Position numbers and translations under genes: made by a program. A model generated the notes under the pieces. It was given only the letters and a program-made list of their open reading frames with translations. It did not search any database and was not told the DNA's origin. From an uncultured Thermoleophilia bacterium (lineage in GTDB: Bacteria; Actinomycetota; Thermoleophilia; UBA2241), in assembly GCA_903927755.1 (NCBI GenBank), contig CAIYOD010000028.1, positions 20,374 to 84,373 on the forward strand: a stretch of DNA of 64,000 nt, in the 5' to 3' direction. Positions 56,604-64,000 of the stretch are shown piece by piece. Position 1 is the stretch's first letter; each line of letters opens with the position of its first letter.

Positions 56604-56628
56604 ATAGACCGGCAGAGGGCCCTGTTTC
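56604..56628 (-). promoter_or_regulatory. Candidate ECF-type autoregulated promoter
   Basis: The minus strand reads GAAAC, 15 nt, then TCTAT (AAC / GTCT-like boxes), about 25 nt upstream of the ECF sigma start. Confidence 0.3.
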
Positions 56629-56900
56629 TTCGCCGACGCCCGAGATCCGGTGTGGCGCGGGCCATGATGGTGGTTGGGCACTGCTGGTCGTTGTAGTCCC
56701 GTGAGCCGTCGGCGCATGTCGCGCGTCCGGAAGCAGCAGGGCGTGTCCTGCCGCGGTACTACGCGCAGCAGGAGACGATCGCCGCGTCGCCCAGCGATGC
56801 CCGTCCTGTGCCATCCGCCATCCGCACCCGAGCACTTGTACTGCAGTTGCAGAACGGGGTTCGCGGAGGACTAGCGGGAGGCGGTTTCGCTGGAAATCAC

Positions 56901-56977
<77 letters not shown>

Positions 56978-57071
56978 ACAAGGGCCTTGGAGTGTAGCGA
57001 GGCGAGCCTCAGGGCGTCAACCGCGCTTGCCGGGTACGCCTCGCTGGGCGCCGCTCAGAAGAAGGTCAACG

Positions 57072-57100
57072 TTGTCATCTCTTTCTGACCGGTTTACACT
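57072..57100 (+). promoter_or_regulatory. Candidate sigma-70 promoter of vapBC
   Basis: TTGTCA (57072..57077), a 17-nt spacer, then TACACT (57095..57100). It lies about 40 nt upstream of ATG 57140 (Shine-Dalgarno GAGAGGAAGG). Confidence 0.45.
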
Positions 57101-57139
57101 CCTCAAGATGACTTGTTCGCATCGAGAGGAAGGTCCATC

Positions 57140-57436
57140 ATGCCTTCTGTGAGCATCACGGAACTGAAAGCACATCTCGCCGAGTACCTGCGCCGGACGG
57201 AGGGCGGGGAGCGATTCTTCATCACGGTCCGGGGCAAGGAGGTGGCCGAGCTCAAGCCTCCGGACCCGGAAAGGGCCGCGCTCTGGGACATGGTGCGATC
57301 CGGCGAGGCCGAGTGGAGCGGGGACTACATGATCGTCCCGTTTGACCTCCCCAAGAACGACGGGCCGCTCGTGTCCGACATCGTCCTGGAGGATCGCGGA
57401 CCGTATCCCGACGACCCGGATCCGGACGGCGGATGA
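57140..57436 (+). CDS. vapB: Type II antitoxin (Phd/YefM-like, VapB partner)
   Basis: MPSVSITELKAHLAEYLRRTEGGERFFITVRGKEVAELKP. ATGA overlap with the PIN toxin gene. Confidence 0.75.
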   Translation: MPSVSITELKAHLAEYLRRTEGGERFFITVRGKEVAELKPPDPERAALWDMVRSGEAEWSGDYMIVPFDLPKNDGPLVSDIVLEDRGPYPDDPDPDGG

Positions 57437-57876
57437 TCATCTACCTCGATGCCAGCGCATTCGCGAAGCTCGTCGTCGATGAAGACGGGGCCGACCTGGC
57501 ACGCCGCTGGTTCGACGAGGCGTCGTTGGCGACGTCGAGCATCATCACGTTCCCCGAGGCGTGCTCGGCACTCGCGCGGCGCGCCCGTGGTGAGGGGATC
57601 GATGACGGCCGGCTGGACGGATGGCTGTCCGAACTCGATGCCCGCTGGACCCGCACAGCGCACGTACGCGTGGACGAGCGCGTGGCCGGACGACTCGCGG
57701 TCGAGCACGGCCTGCGAGGCATGGATGCGGTGCACCTCGGCGCGGCGGTCGCAGTACGCGGGCGCGTCCTGGCCCGATCGAGGACCGCGATCGTCACGGT
57801 GGCGGCCTTCGACCGCCGCCTGCTCGAGGCCGCCGAGCGCGAGGGCTTCGCCACCCTCGGCGGCCCACCGACCTGA
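57433..57876 (+). CDS. vapC: PIN-domain toxin VapC
   Basis: MIIYLDASAFAKLVVDE... (first acidic residue in the YLDAS context), ...SSIITFPEA..., ...MDAVHLGAAV..., ...VAAFDRRLLEAA. This is the typical four-acidic-residue PIN layout. Confidence 0.85.
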   Translation: MIIYLDASAFAKLVVDEDGADLARRWFDEASLATSSIITFPEACSALARRARGEGIDDGRLDGWLSELDARWTRTAHVRVDERVAGRLAVEHGLRGMDAVHLGAAVAVRGRVLARSRTAIVTVAAFDRRLLEAAEREGFATLGGPPT

Positions 57877-57982
57877 CGTCCGGGGCAGCGGCGGCACCTC
57901 CTCTCCGCCCGCGTTCGTGCGCCCCTCTGGTACATCCGCCCCATCGGTGTGAGCTCCCCCACCCTTGCCGTATACTCAGTGC

Positions 57983-58636
57983 ATGAACGAAGTCCAGGAA
58001 ATGGTCATTTACGGCGTGAGCTTCGACGTCATCGGCAAGCAGCCGATCGTGCTGCTCAAGACTGTCGAGGGCAATCGCTTCCTCCCGATCTGGATCGGCC
58101 ACCCCGAGGCGGCCGCGATCCTCATCAAGCTCCAGGGCACCAGTCTGCCCCGGCCGATGACCCACGACCTGCTCACCAGCGTCATCGGCAAGTTCGAGGC
58201 CGAGGTGTCGCGCATCACGGTGACCGAGCTCAAGGAGAGCACTTTCTACGCCCGTCTCACCCTCAAGAAGGACGGCGAAGAGCTGGACATCGACTCGCGC
58301 CCCAGCGACGCGCTCGCTCTGGCGGTGCGCACCGACGCGCCGATCTTCGCGAGCACCGAGCTCATCGACGAGAACGCCATCGAGTTCGAGCGTGAGGTCG
58401 ACGACACCGAGGAGATCGTGGAGAGCTTCCGCGACTTCCTCGAGGGCGTCTCGCCGGACGACTTCCGCACCGCCGAGGTCACAGCGGACGACGAGGCGTT
58501 CCTCATCGACCACGACGCTGACGACGACGAGGATGACGACGAAGACGATGATGACCTCGATGACGAAGACATCGAGGATGACGACGAAGACGATGATGAG
58601 TTCGACGACCGGGCGGGCGGCCCACCGCAGAACTAG
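57983..58636 (+). CDS. Bifunctional nuclease (BFN/DUF151) domain protein with poly-acidic tail
   Basis: ORF trimmed to ATG 57983. VIYGVSFDVIGKQPIVLLKTVEGNRFLPIWIGHPEAAAILIKLQG...RPMTHDLL...FYARLTLKKDGEELDIDSRPSDALALAVR. The C-terminal roughly 45 residues are almost all D/E. Ends in TAG. Confidence 0.8.
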   Translation: MNEVQEMVIYGVSFDVIGKQPIVLLKTVEGNRFLPIWIGHPEAAAILIKLQGTSLPRPMTHDLLTSVIGKFEAEVSRITVTELKESTFYARLTLKKDGEELDIDSRPSDALALAVRTDAPIFASTELIDENAIEFEREVDDTEEIVESFRDFLEGVSPDDFRTAEVTADDEAFLIDHDADDDEDDDEDDDDLDDEDIEDDDEDDDEFDDRAGGPPQN

Positions 58637-58692
58637 CCGCGGCATCCCTCCGCTCTCTTCCTCCGCAGACCCCCCCGAACGAAAGGCCCGCC

Positions 58693-58983
58693 GTGAGCAC
58701 GTCCAGCGACGACCCCGTGGTCAAACAGTTCCGCGACCAGATCAGCGACAACGACCTCAAGATCATCGAGCTCATCAACAAGAGGCTCACGCTGGTCGAC
58801 AAGCTGTGGCGCTACAAGGCCGAGCACGGTCTGGACATGTACGTCCCCGCGCGCGAGGAGTGGATGGTCACGTTCCTCTCGCGCGCGAACAAGGGTCCGC
58901 TCTCGCAGGACGCGCTGCGCGAGGTCTACAGGACCATCGTCGAGACGACCAAGAGCGAAGCGACGCGGCTCGGCGCCGGCTGA
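58693..58983 (+). CDS. Chorismate mutase (AroQ class, monofunctional)
   Basis: 96 aa. FRDQISDNDLKIIELINKRLTLVDKLWRYKAEHGLDMYVPAREEWM...LREVYRTIVETTK fits the AroQ three-helix pattern (R...R/K...E). Confidence 0.8.
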   Translation: MSTSSDDPVVKQFRDQISDNDLKIIELINKRLTLVDKLWRYKAEHGLDMYVPAREEWMVTFLSRANKGPLSQDALREVYRTIVETTKSEATRLGAG

Positions 58984-59017
58984 GCAAGGCCTCCCGGCCT
59001 CGCCGCTCCGGCCGCCG

Positions 59018-59437
59018 CTAGACGTTCAGGAGGACGAAGCCCTCCCAGCCGCCGTCCCGCTGCTCAAGCGAAAGCTCAGGCAGCGTCGCCGCCTTGACGC
59101 CGCCGCAGACGATGTGGCGGCTGGTGTCGAGCGGCTCTCCGCTCACCCGGGCGCGAAGGACGTGCTCGCCCAGCTCCAGCAGGTCGAACTGGGAGAGCAC
59201 CAGCTTGCGCGCCTCGAAGACGTGCAGCAGCTCGTTCAGCCACGCCGCCAGCAGCAGGTCCATGCTCCCGGCCTCGAGCTCGACGTCCACCGACTCGACC
59301 TCGCCGATGTCGAGCGGGTCGCACACCAGGGAGAACAGCGCGAGCGCGGCCTGCTCGAAGACCTCCTCGGCCGTCGGGCCCCACACGCGCACACCGATGT
59401 CGGCGGTGCGATCGACGAGTTCGTAGCCCACGCTCAT
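59018..59437 (-). CDS. Archease
   Basis: MSVGYELVDRTADIGVRVWGPTAEEVFEQAALALFSL...GGVKAATLPELSLEQ has the typical archease N-terminal (H/R)TAD(I/V) motif and length. No RtcB gene is adjacent. Ends in TAG. Confidence 0.8.
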   Translation of the reverse strand: MSVGYELVDRTADIGVRVWGPTAEEVFEQAALALFSLVCDPLDIGEVESVDVELEAGSMDLLLAAWLNELLHVFEARKLVLSQFDLLELGEHVLRARVSGEPLDTSRHIVCGGVKAATLPELSLEQRDGGWEGFVLLNV

Positions 59438-59561
59438 AGGCACACTGTACCCATGGGAGCGCGCGCCTACGGGCCGGGCTCGTTGGAGGCCCGCTCGGAG
59501 CCGTTGGTCAGCCGGGGTTGGCGGGGGGCCGCCGGTGAGTCTGAGACGGTGGCGCCGCCGG

Positions 59562-60491
59562 TCAGCCGGAGACGGTAGCGCCGGCGGCGGACGCGGCCAG
59601 GCCGAGCGGGATCGCCGTCACGCCCTCGGCAGCGAACGCCTCGGCCATCACGCGCGCGATGCGCGAGGCGTCGGTGGCCAAGCTGACGAAGGCGATGAGG
59701 CTCGGCCCGGAGCCGGAGACGGCGACCGCGGCCGCGCCGGCGTTCAGGGCCGCCAGCCAGGCGGTGCGGCCTCCCGGGATGCGCTTGAGGCGGGAGGCCT
59801 GGTGCAGCCGGTCGTCCATCACCTGGCTGAGCAACTCGTAGTCGCCGGTGCGCAGCGCCTCCACGACGAGCGGCGTGCGCTGCAGGTTGAAGACGGCGTC
59901 GGCCATCGAGACCTCGGTCGGCAGGTCCGCCCTGGCGGCGCTGGTGCTGAACGGCAGGTCCGGCACCGCCAGCGCCACGTGCACCTCAGGCACCAGGATC
60001 TTCTTGGTGAGCAGCGTGTCCTGCCGCTGCACGACGATGGTGAGGCCGCCGAGCAGCGCCGCCGCCACGTTGTCGGGGTGGCCCTCCATGTCGGCCGCGA
60101 GCTCCAGGAGTTGCTCGCGGTCGAACGGCCGGCCGATCAGCGTGTTGGCGCCCAGGAGGCCGGCGACGATGGCGGTGGAGCTGGAGCCGAGGCCAGACGA
60201 CATCGGCACGCGGATGTCGCAGTGGATGCGCAGGCCGGCAGGCGCAGGCCGGCCGGCCTCCTCACACAGGCGCAGAAACGCCTGCGCGACCAGATTGCGG
60301 CCGTCGCGCGGCAGGCCGGCGGGGTCGGGTCCCTCGACGGTGACCACGATCCCTTCACCCTCGAGCGAGAACCGGACCTCGTTCCACAGGTCGAGCGCGA
60401 GCCCCAGGCAGTCGAATCCCGGCCCGATGTTGGCGGTGGTGGCTGGGACCCTGACCCGGCAACTCGCGCCGGGCGCCCCGGCCGGGTTCAT
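59562..60491 (-). CDS. thrB: Homoserine kinase
   Basis: ORF trimmed to ATG 60491. RVRVPATTANIGPGFDCLGLAL...PMSSGLGSSSTAIVAG (GHMP kinase motif II)...VSGSGPS. Confidence 0.9.
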   Translation of the reverse strand: MNPAGAPGASCRVRVPATTANIGPGFDCLGLALDLWNEVRFSLEGEGIVVTVEGPDPAGLPRDGRNLVAQAFLRLCEEAGRPAPAGLRIHCDIRVPMSSGLGSSSTAIVAGLLGANTLIGRPFDREQLLELAADMEGHPDNVAAALLGGLTIVVQRQDTLLTKKILVPEVHVALAVPDLPFSTSAARADLPTEVSMADAVFNLQRTPLVVEALRTGDYELLSQVMDDRLHQASRLKRIPGGRTAWLAALNAGAAAVAVSGSGPSLIAFVSLATDASRIARVMAEAFAAEGVTAIPLGLAASAAGATVSG

Positions 60492-61144
60492 GCCTCGTCC
60501 CCGTACTCCGTGGCGTCGGGGCCGGCGCCCGGCTTTCGGCCCTTGCGCCACTTCCACACAGCCCAGATCACGATCGCGACCAGCGCGGCGACGACCACGT
60601 AGTCGGCGTAGTGCAGGTACGGGCGGATCTTCTCCCAGTTCTCGCCCAGCCGCGTGCCGAGCCAGCCGAGGAAGAACACCCAGGGGATGCAGCCGAGGAC
60701 CGTGTAGAGCGTGAACTTCCAGAAGGGCATCCTGGCGATCCCCGCCGGCAGCGAGATGAACGTGCGCACGATCGGCAGGACGCGACTGAAGAAGACGGCG
60801 ATCGGCCCGTACTTGGCGAACCAGCGCTCCGCCAGCTCCACGTGGTGGTGGCGGAGCAACACGTACTTGCCGTACTTGTCGATGAACGGACGCCCGCCGT
60901 ACAGCCCGACCCAGTAGGCGATCCAGGAGCCGACGACGTTACCGGCGACCCCGGCGACGGTGATGCCGAACAGGGTCATGGTGCCCTCGCTCACGGCGAA
61001 GCCGGCGAAGGGCATGATCGCCTCGCTCGGCACCGGGATGCAGGCGCTCTCGAGCAGCATGAGGAAGAAGACCGCGGGCAGGCCCCAGTCGCCGATGAGG
61101 GCGGTCGCCCACTGGACGACGGCGTCGATGATGGATTGCATCAT
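60488..61144 (-). CDS. DedA-family membrane protein
   Basis: ORF trimmed to ATG 61144. FFLMLLESACIPVPSEAIMPFAGF...GRPFIDKYG...FFSRVLPIVRTFISLPAGIARMPFWKF is the classic DedA/SNARE-associated pattern. Confidence 0.85.
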   Translation of the reverse strand: MMQSIIDAVVQWATALIGDWGLPAVFFLMLLESACIPVPSEAIMPFAGFAVSEGTMTLFGITVAGVAGNVVGSWIAYWVGLYGGRPFIDKYGKYVLLRHHHVELAERWFAKYGPIAVFFSRVLPIVRTFISLPAGIARMPFWKFTLYTVLGCIPWVFFLGWLGTRLGENWEKIRPYLHYADYVVVAALVAIVIWAVWKWRKGRKPGAGPDATEYGDEA

Positions 61145-61265
61145 GCGGGGAAGCGTACCGTATGCACGCACGGCGCGCGCCCCGGCGAAGTGAGCGGTGG
61201 CCCCCATCCGGGGGCCTGTGGTAGGTTCCGGGCTCGACTTCTCCCGCCCTCAAGGAGGCGTAGCA

Positions 61266-62363
61266 ATGGCCGTCGGACTCATGGACATCAAGGGACAGTA
61301 CGCCGAGCTGCAGGACCGCATCGAGGATGCCGTGCTGTCGGTGCTGCGCAGCGGGCGGGTGATCCTGGGGCCGAACGTCAAGGGGTTCGAAGAAGAGGCC
61401 TCCACCTACATGGGCACCACCGGATCCGTCGGCGTCGCCAACGGCACTGACGGCCTCACCATCGCGCTGCGCGCGCTCGGTGTGGGCCCGGGCGACGAGG
61501 TCATCACCGTCCCGTTCACCTTCTACGCCACCCCCGAGGCCATCGCGCAGTCCGGGGCCAAGCCCGTGTTCGTCGACATCCTGCCGGACACGCTGTGCAT
61601 CGACCCCGACGCGATCAAGGCGGCCATCACCCCGCGCACCAAAGCGGTCATGCCGGTCGACCTCTTCGGTCTGCCGGCCGACGCAAACGCCGTGCGCAAG
61701 GTCGCGGAGGCGCACGGCCTCTCCGTGGTCGAGGACGCCTGCCAGGCGTGGGGCGCGACCTACGACGGTCGTCGCGCCGGCAGCCTCGGCGACCTGGGCG
61801 TCTTCAGCTTCTTCCCCACCAAGAACCTCGGCGGCTACGGCGACGGCGGACTGGTCACCGGCCACAGCGAGGTCCTCGTCCAGCGCGCCCGTGAGCTCCG
61901 CTTCCACGGCAGCAAGGACAAGAAGACGTTCACCGACATCGGGTTCAACTCCCGCCTGGACGAGCTCCAGGCGGCGATCCTGCGCCTCGAGCTCGGGGTC
62001 ATCGACGAGTGGAACGGCCGCCGCGCCCTGGTGGCCGAGTGGTACGACGAGTACCTGCCGGACGAGGTCGTGCGCCCCGCCGTCCCCGACGGCCACACGC
62101 ACGTCTATCACCTCTACATGATCCGCCACCCGCGCCGCGACGACATCGCCGCCGCATGCAAGGAGCGCCAGGTCGATTGCGCGGCGTACTACACCACGCC
62201 GATGCAGCTGCAGCCGGTGTTCGCCGACATGGGACACAAGCTGGGCGACTTCCCCAACACCGACGAGGCCGCGGCGACCAACCTCGCCATCCCGATGCAC
62301 CCGAACCTCACTGAGGAACAGGTGAAGGAAGTGGCCGCGGCGGTGGAGGCCGGGCTGGCCTGA
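61266..62363 (+). CDS. DegT/DnrJ/EryC1/StrS-family PLP-dependent sugar aminotransferase
   Basis: ATG 61266 follows AAGGAGG. FEEEASTYMG...GVANGTDGLTIALRALG...PFTFYATPEAI...FSFFPTKNLGGYGDGG (catalytic Lys context)...SRLDELQAAIL. Confidence 0.9.
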   Translation: MAVGLMDIKGQYAELQDRIEDAVLSVLRSGRVILGPNVKGFEEEASTYMGTTGSVGVANGTDGLTIALRALGVGPGDEVITVPFTFYATPEAIAQSGAKPVFVDILPDTLCIDPDAIKAAITPRTKAVMPVDLFGLPADANAVRKVAEAHGLSVVEDACQAWGATYDGRRAGSLGDLGVFSFFPTKNLGGYGDGGLVTGHSEVLVQRARELRFHGSKDKKTFTDIGFNSRLDELQAAILRLELGVIDEWNGRRALVAEWYDEYLPDEVVRPAVPDGHTHVYHLYMIRHPRRDDIAAACKERQVDCAAYYTTPMQLQPVFADMGHKLGDFPNTDEAAATNLAIPMHPNLTEEQVKEVAAAVEAGLA

Positions 62364-62419
62364 CGGGCGCCCGGCCCGGGAGCGGCTGACGCACCGCGCG
62401 CCGGCTGGCGCGCGGTCGG

Positions 62420-63313
62420 CTAGCGCGCCGCGGCCGGAGTGAACGAGCCGGCGCTCGCGAAGGTGCCGGCCTGCCGGTCCCAGTCGACGAGGAAGACCTC
62501 GGACGTCGGCGAGCGGAAGGTCAGGAGCCGCCGGCCGTGATCGTCGACCACGCTCGCGGCCCTGCGGTCGTCCCCGCCCTTCACGCGTCCCGTCGTGTTA
62601 CACACCAGCAGTGGGAGCCCGGTGAGCCGCGAGTCGCGCTCCCACACGCCGTTCGGCCCCATCTCGCCGGGCGCCCAGCAGGCCGGCGACACCAGGATCT
62701 GGGCGCCGGCCGCGGCCGTCTCCCGGGCGAACCGTCGCGGCCACGCGTCGGCGCAGATGAGCACTCCGGCCGCCACACCGTCCACGTCGAAGACGCCCGG
62801 CGCCCGCCCGGGCGCGGCCCATCCCTCGACGGTCCCGGGGATGACGCTCCGCTTGTGGTAGGCGCCGAGGACGCTCCCGCTGCGGTCGACCACGAGGACG
62901 CTGTTGTGGAGGCGGCGCGGCGCGCCGTCCCGCGTCGGCATGCCGGCGAACAAGGCGACGTCGTTGTCGCGCGCCAGACGCGAGAGAACCGCCGCGTGGC
63001 TCGTCCACCGCAGTCCGATCCAGCGCAGGCCGATCCTGTCGCGGAAGTAGTAGCCGCTGAGCGCCAGCTCCGGCGTGACGCACCAGTCGGCGCCACGCGC
63101 TGCGGCCTCCTCGACCGCTCCGGCGATGAGGGTGGTGTTCGCGGCGAGGTCGCCCGACGCCGGCGCGAGGTGGAGCAGAGCGATGCGCAGGGTCGTGGGA
63201 GCCGGACTGGAGCTGCGTCCGGTGTCGCCGACCTTCACGGTCGAGCCGCCGCAGGCCGCCAGGCCGACCACGGCCACAAGGATCAGGGCGGCGAGCAGCC
63301 GCGCCGCGCGCAT
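62420..63313 (-). CDS. Carbon-nitrogen hydrolase (nitrilase superfamily) lipoprotein
   Basis: Signal peptide MRAARLLAALILVAVVGLAA-C. Catalytic triad contexts: TPELALSGY (Glu), AYHKRS (Lys) and VLICADAW (Cys). The start could instead be ATG 63355. Ends in TAG. Confidence 0.8.
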   Translation of the reverse strand: MRAARLLAALILVAVVGLAACGGSTVKVGDTGRSSSPAPTTLRIALLHLAPASGDLAANTTLIAGAVEEAAARGADWCVTPELALSGYYFRDRIGLRWIGLRWTSHAAVLSRLARDNDVALFAGMPTRDGAPRRLHNSVLVVDRSGSVLGAYHKRSVIPGTVEGWAAPGRAPGVFDVDGVAAGVLICADAWPRRFARETAAAGAQILVSPACWAPGEMGPNGVWERDSRLTGLPLLVCNTTGRVKGGDDRRAASVVDDHGRRLLTFRSPTSEVFLVDWDRQAGTFASAGSFTPAAAR

Positions 63314-63525
63314 GCCGGCACGGCGCGTTTCGCCACCATCGTCGTGGTCTGTCATCCAGCAGCTGGTGATGCCTCGGCCGCTCCGCACGGCACTCCCTTC
63401 GACTCCACCAAAGCTATCGGCAGCGGCGCCTCCGGCCCTGACGTAGCCTCGGCGTTTCCTCACGCCCCGGCTCCTCGCGACCCATCGGCAGGCGCGCGGC
63501 CACGCGCGCCGAAGCGTTGACGGAC

Positions 63526-64000
63526 ATGAGAGCCTGGGTCGACATCACCGACGCTGCGGCGGTCGTCTTCTTCGCGCCGATCGTGCGCCGGCTGGAGGAC
63601 GCCGGCCACACCGTCACGCTCACGGCGCGCCGCTTCGCCGGCGCCGACCTGGTGCTGAGGCGCTACGGCCTCGGCGGAGTGCTCACCACGCAGCACCGCG
63701 GCGGCAGCCTCGGAACGCGCGCCGTCGGCCTGGTCAACAGGACGGCGCAGCTCCTCGGCTCCGCCTCGAGCGGCCGCTTCGACGTGGCCGCCGGCAGCCA
63801 CGCCAGCGACTTCGTGCTCACCGCCTGGACGCTGGCGATCCCGCAGATGACGTTCCTCGACCCCGATCGCCTCGGGCGCAGCAACCTCGTCAACGTGCGC
63901 CTGGTGGACGAGGTCGCGGTCCCCGAAGCGATCCCCGTCGCCGGCCTCATCTCCCAGGGCGCGACCCGGGAGAAGCTCTTCCGCTACCCCGGTTTCAAGG
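63526..64000 (+). CDS. DUF354-like (glycosyltransferase-fold) protein, partial, runs off the window
   Basis: Not in the ORF track because there is no stop in the window. ATG 63526 gives MRAWVDITDAAAVVFFAPIVRRLEDAGHTVTLTARRFAGADLVLRRYGL, resembling the recalled DUF354 N-terminus (W-D-I-T-x-x-x-x-V-x-F-F-x-P-I-I). Confidence 0.55.
   Translation, partial: MRAWVDITDAAAVVFFAPIVRRLEDAGHTVTLTARRFAGADLVLRRYGLGGVLTTQHRGGSLGTRAVGLVNRTAQLLGSASSGRFDVAAGSHASDFVLTAWTLAIPQMTFLDPDRLGRSNLVNVRLVDEVAVPEAIPVAGLISQGATREKLFRYPGFK

Overview
High-GC (about 70% by eye) bacterial chromosomal window. It is densely coded, with an actinobacterium-like gene content: an MMPL transporter, a DsbA-VKOR pair, ECF and primary-like sigma factors, VapBC and a Holin-X/DUF3618 operon. 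I call 57 CDSs (two run off the window edges), one tRNA-Ile(GAU), one decayed pseudogene, several tandem or dispersed repeats, and a few terminators and promoters. I saw no rRNA, CRISPR array, transposase, integrase or prophage. All calls come from reading the ORF track, hand translation and motif recognition, so family names are recognition-based, not search-based. Many long ORFs in the track are Arg/Gly/Pro-rich shadow frames of real genes, as expected at this GC content, and were discarded. Main result: a three-gene methylamine methyltransferase cluster at 48.6-53.0 kb. Its mtbB (dimethylamine) and mttB (trimethylamine) homologues are each interrupted by exactly one in-frame TAG at the position where archaeal enzymes carry pyrrolysine. 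An upstream MttB-superfamily paralogue has a sense codon (Val) there. No corrinoid protein, pylT or pylSBCD lies in the window. TAG is otherwise a common terminator here (14 of 55 complete CDSs by my hand count, no TAA). Amber decoding would therefore have to be conditional or context dependent. Second locus of interest (10.5-25.3 kb): a 1933-aa membrane-anchored multicopper oxidase with stacked repeat domains sits downstream of a DUF4418/FtsX/ABC-ATPase module. Divergent from it are a lipoprotein paralogue that has lost most copper ligands and a 7TM-GAF histidine kinase with a NarL-type regulator. Other oddities: an FtsX permease whose first TM helix lies upstream of any ATG/GTG/TTG, which implies a CTG start. 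A conserved intergenic element is repeated on both sides of a polysaccharide gene pair. A 1.4-kb gene-poor stretch holds a 15-bp x7 tandem repeat and a triple-frameshifted pseudogene. A B12-radical SAM gene is followed by a 33-aa hydrophobic ORF. An MMPL transporter carries a roughly 240-aa coiled-coil insert. A four-subunit 2-oxoacid:ferredoxin oxidoreductase operon is extended by ACT, AEC and NMO genes.
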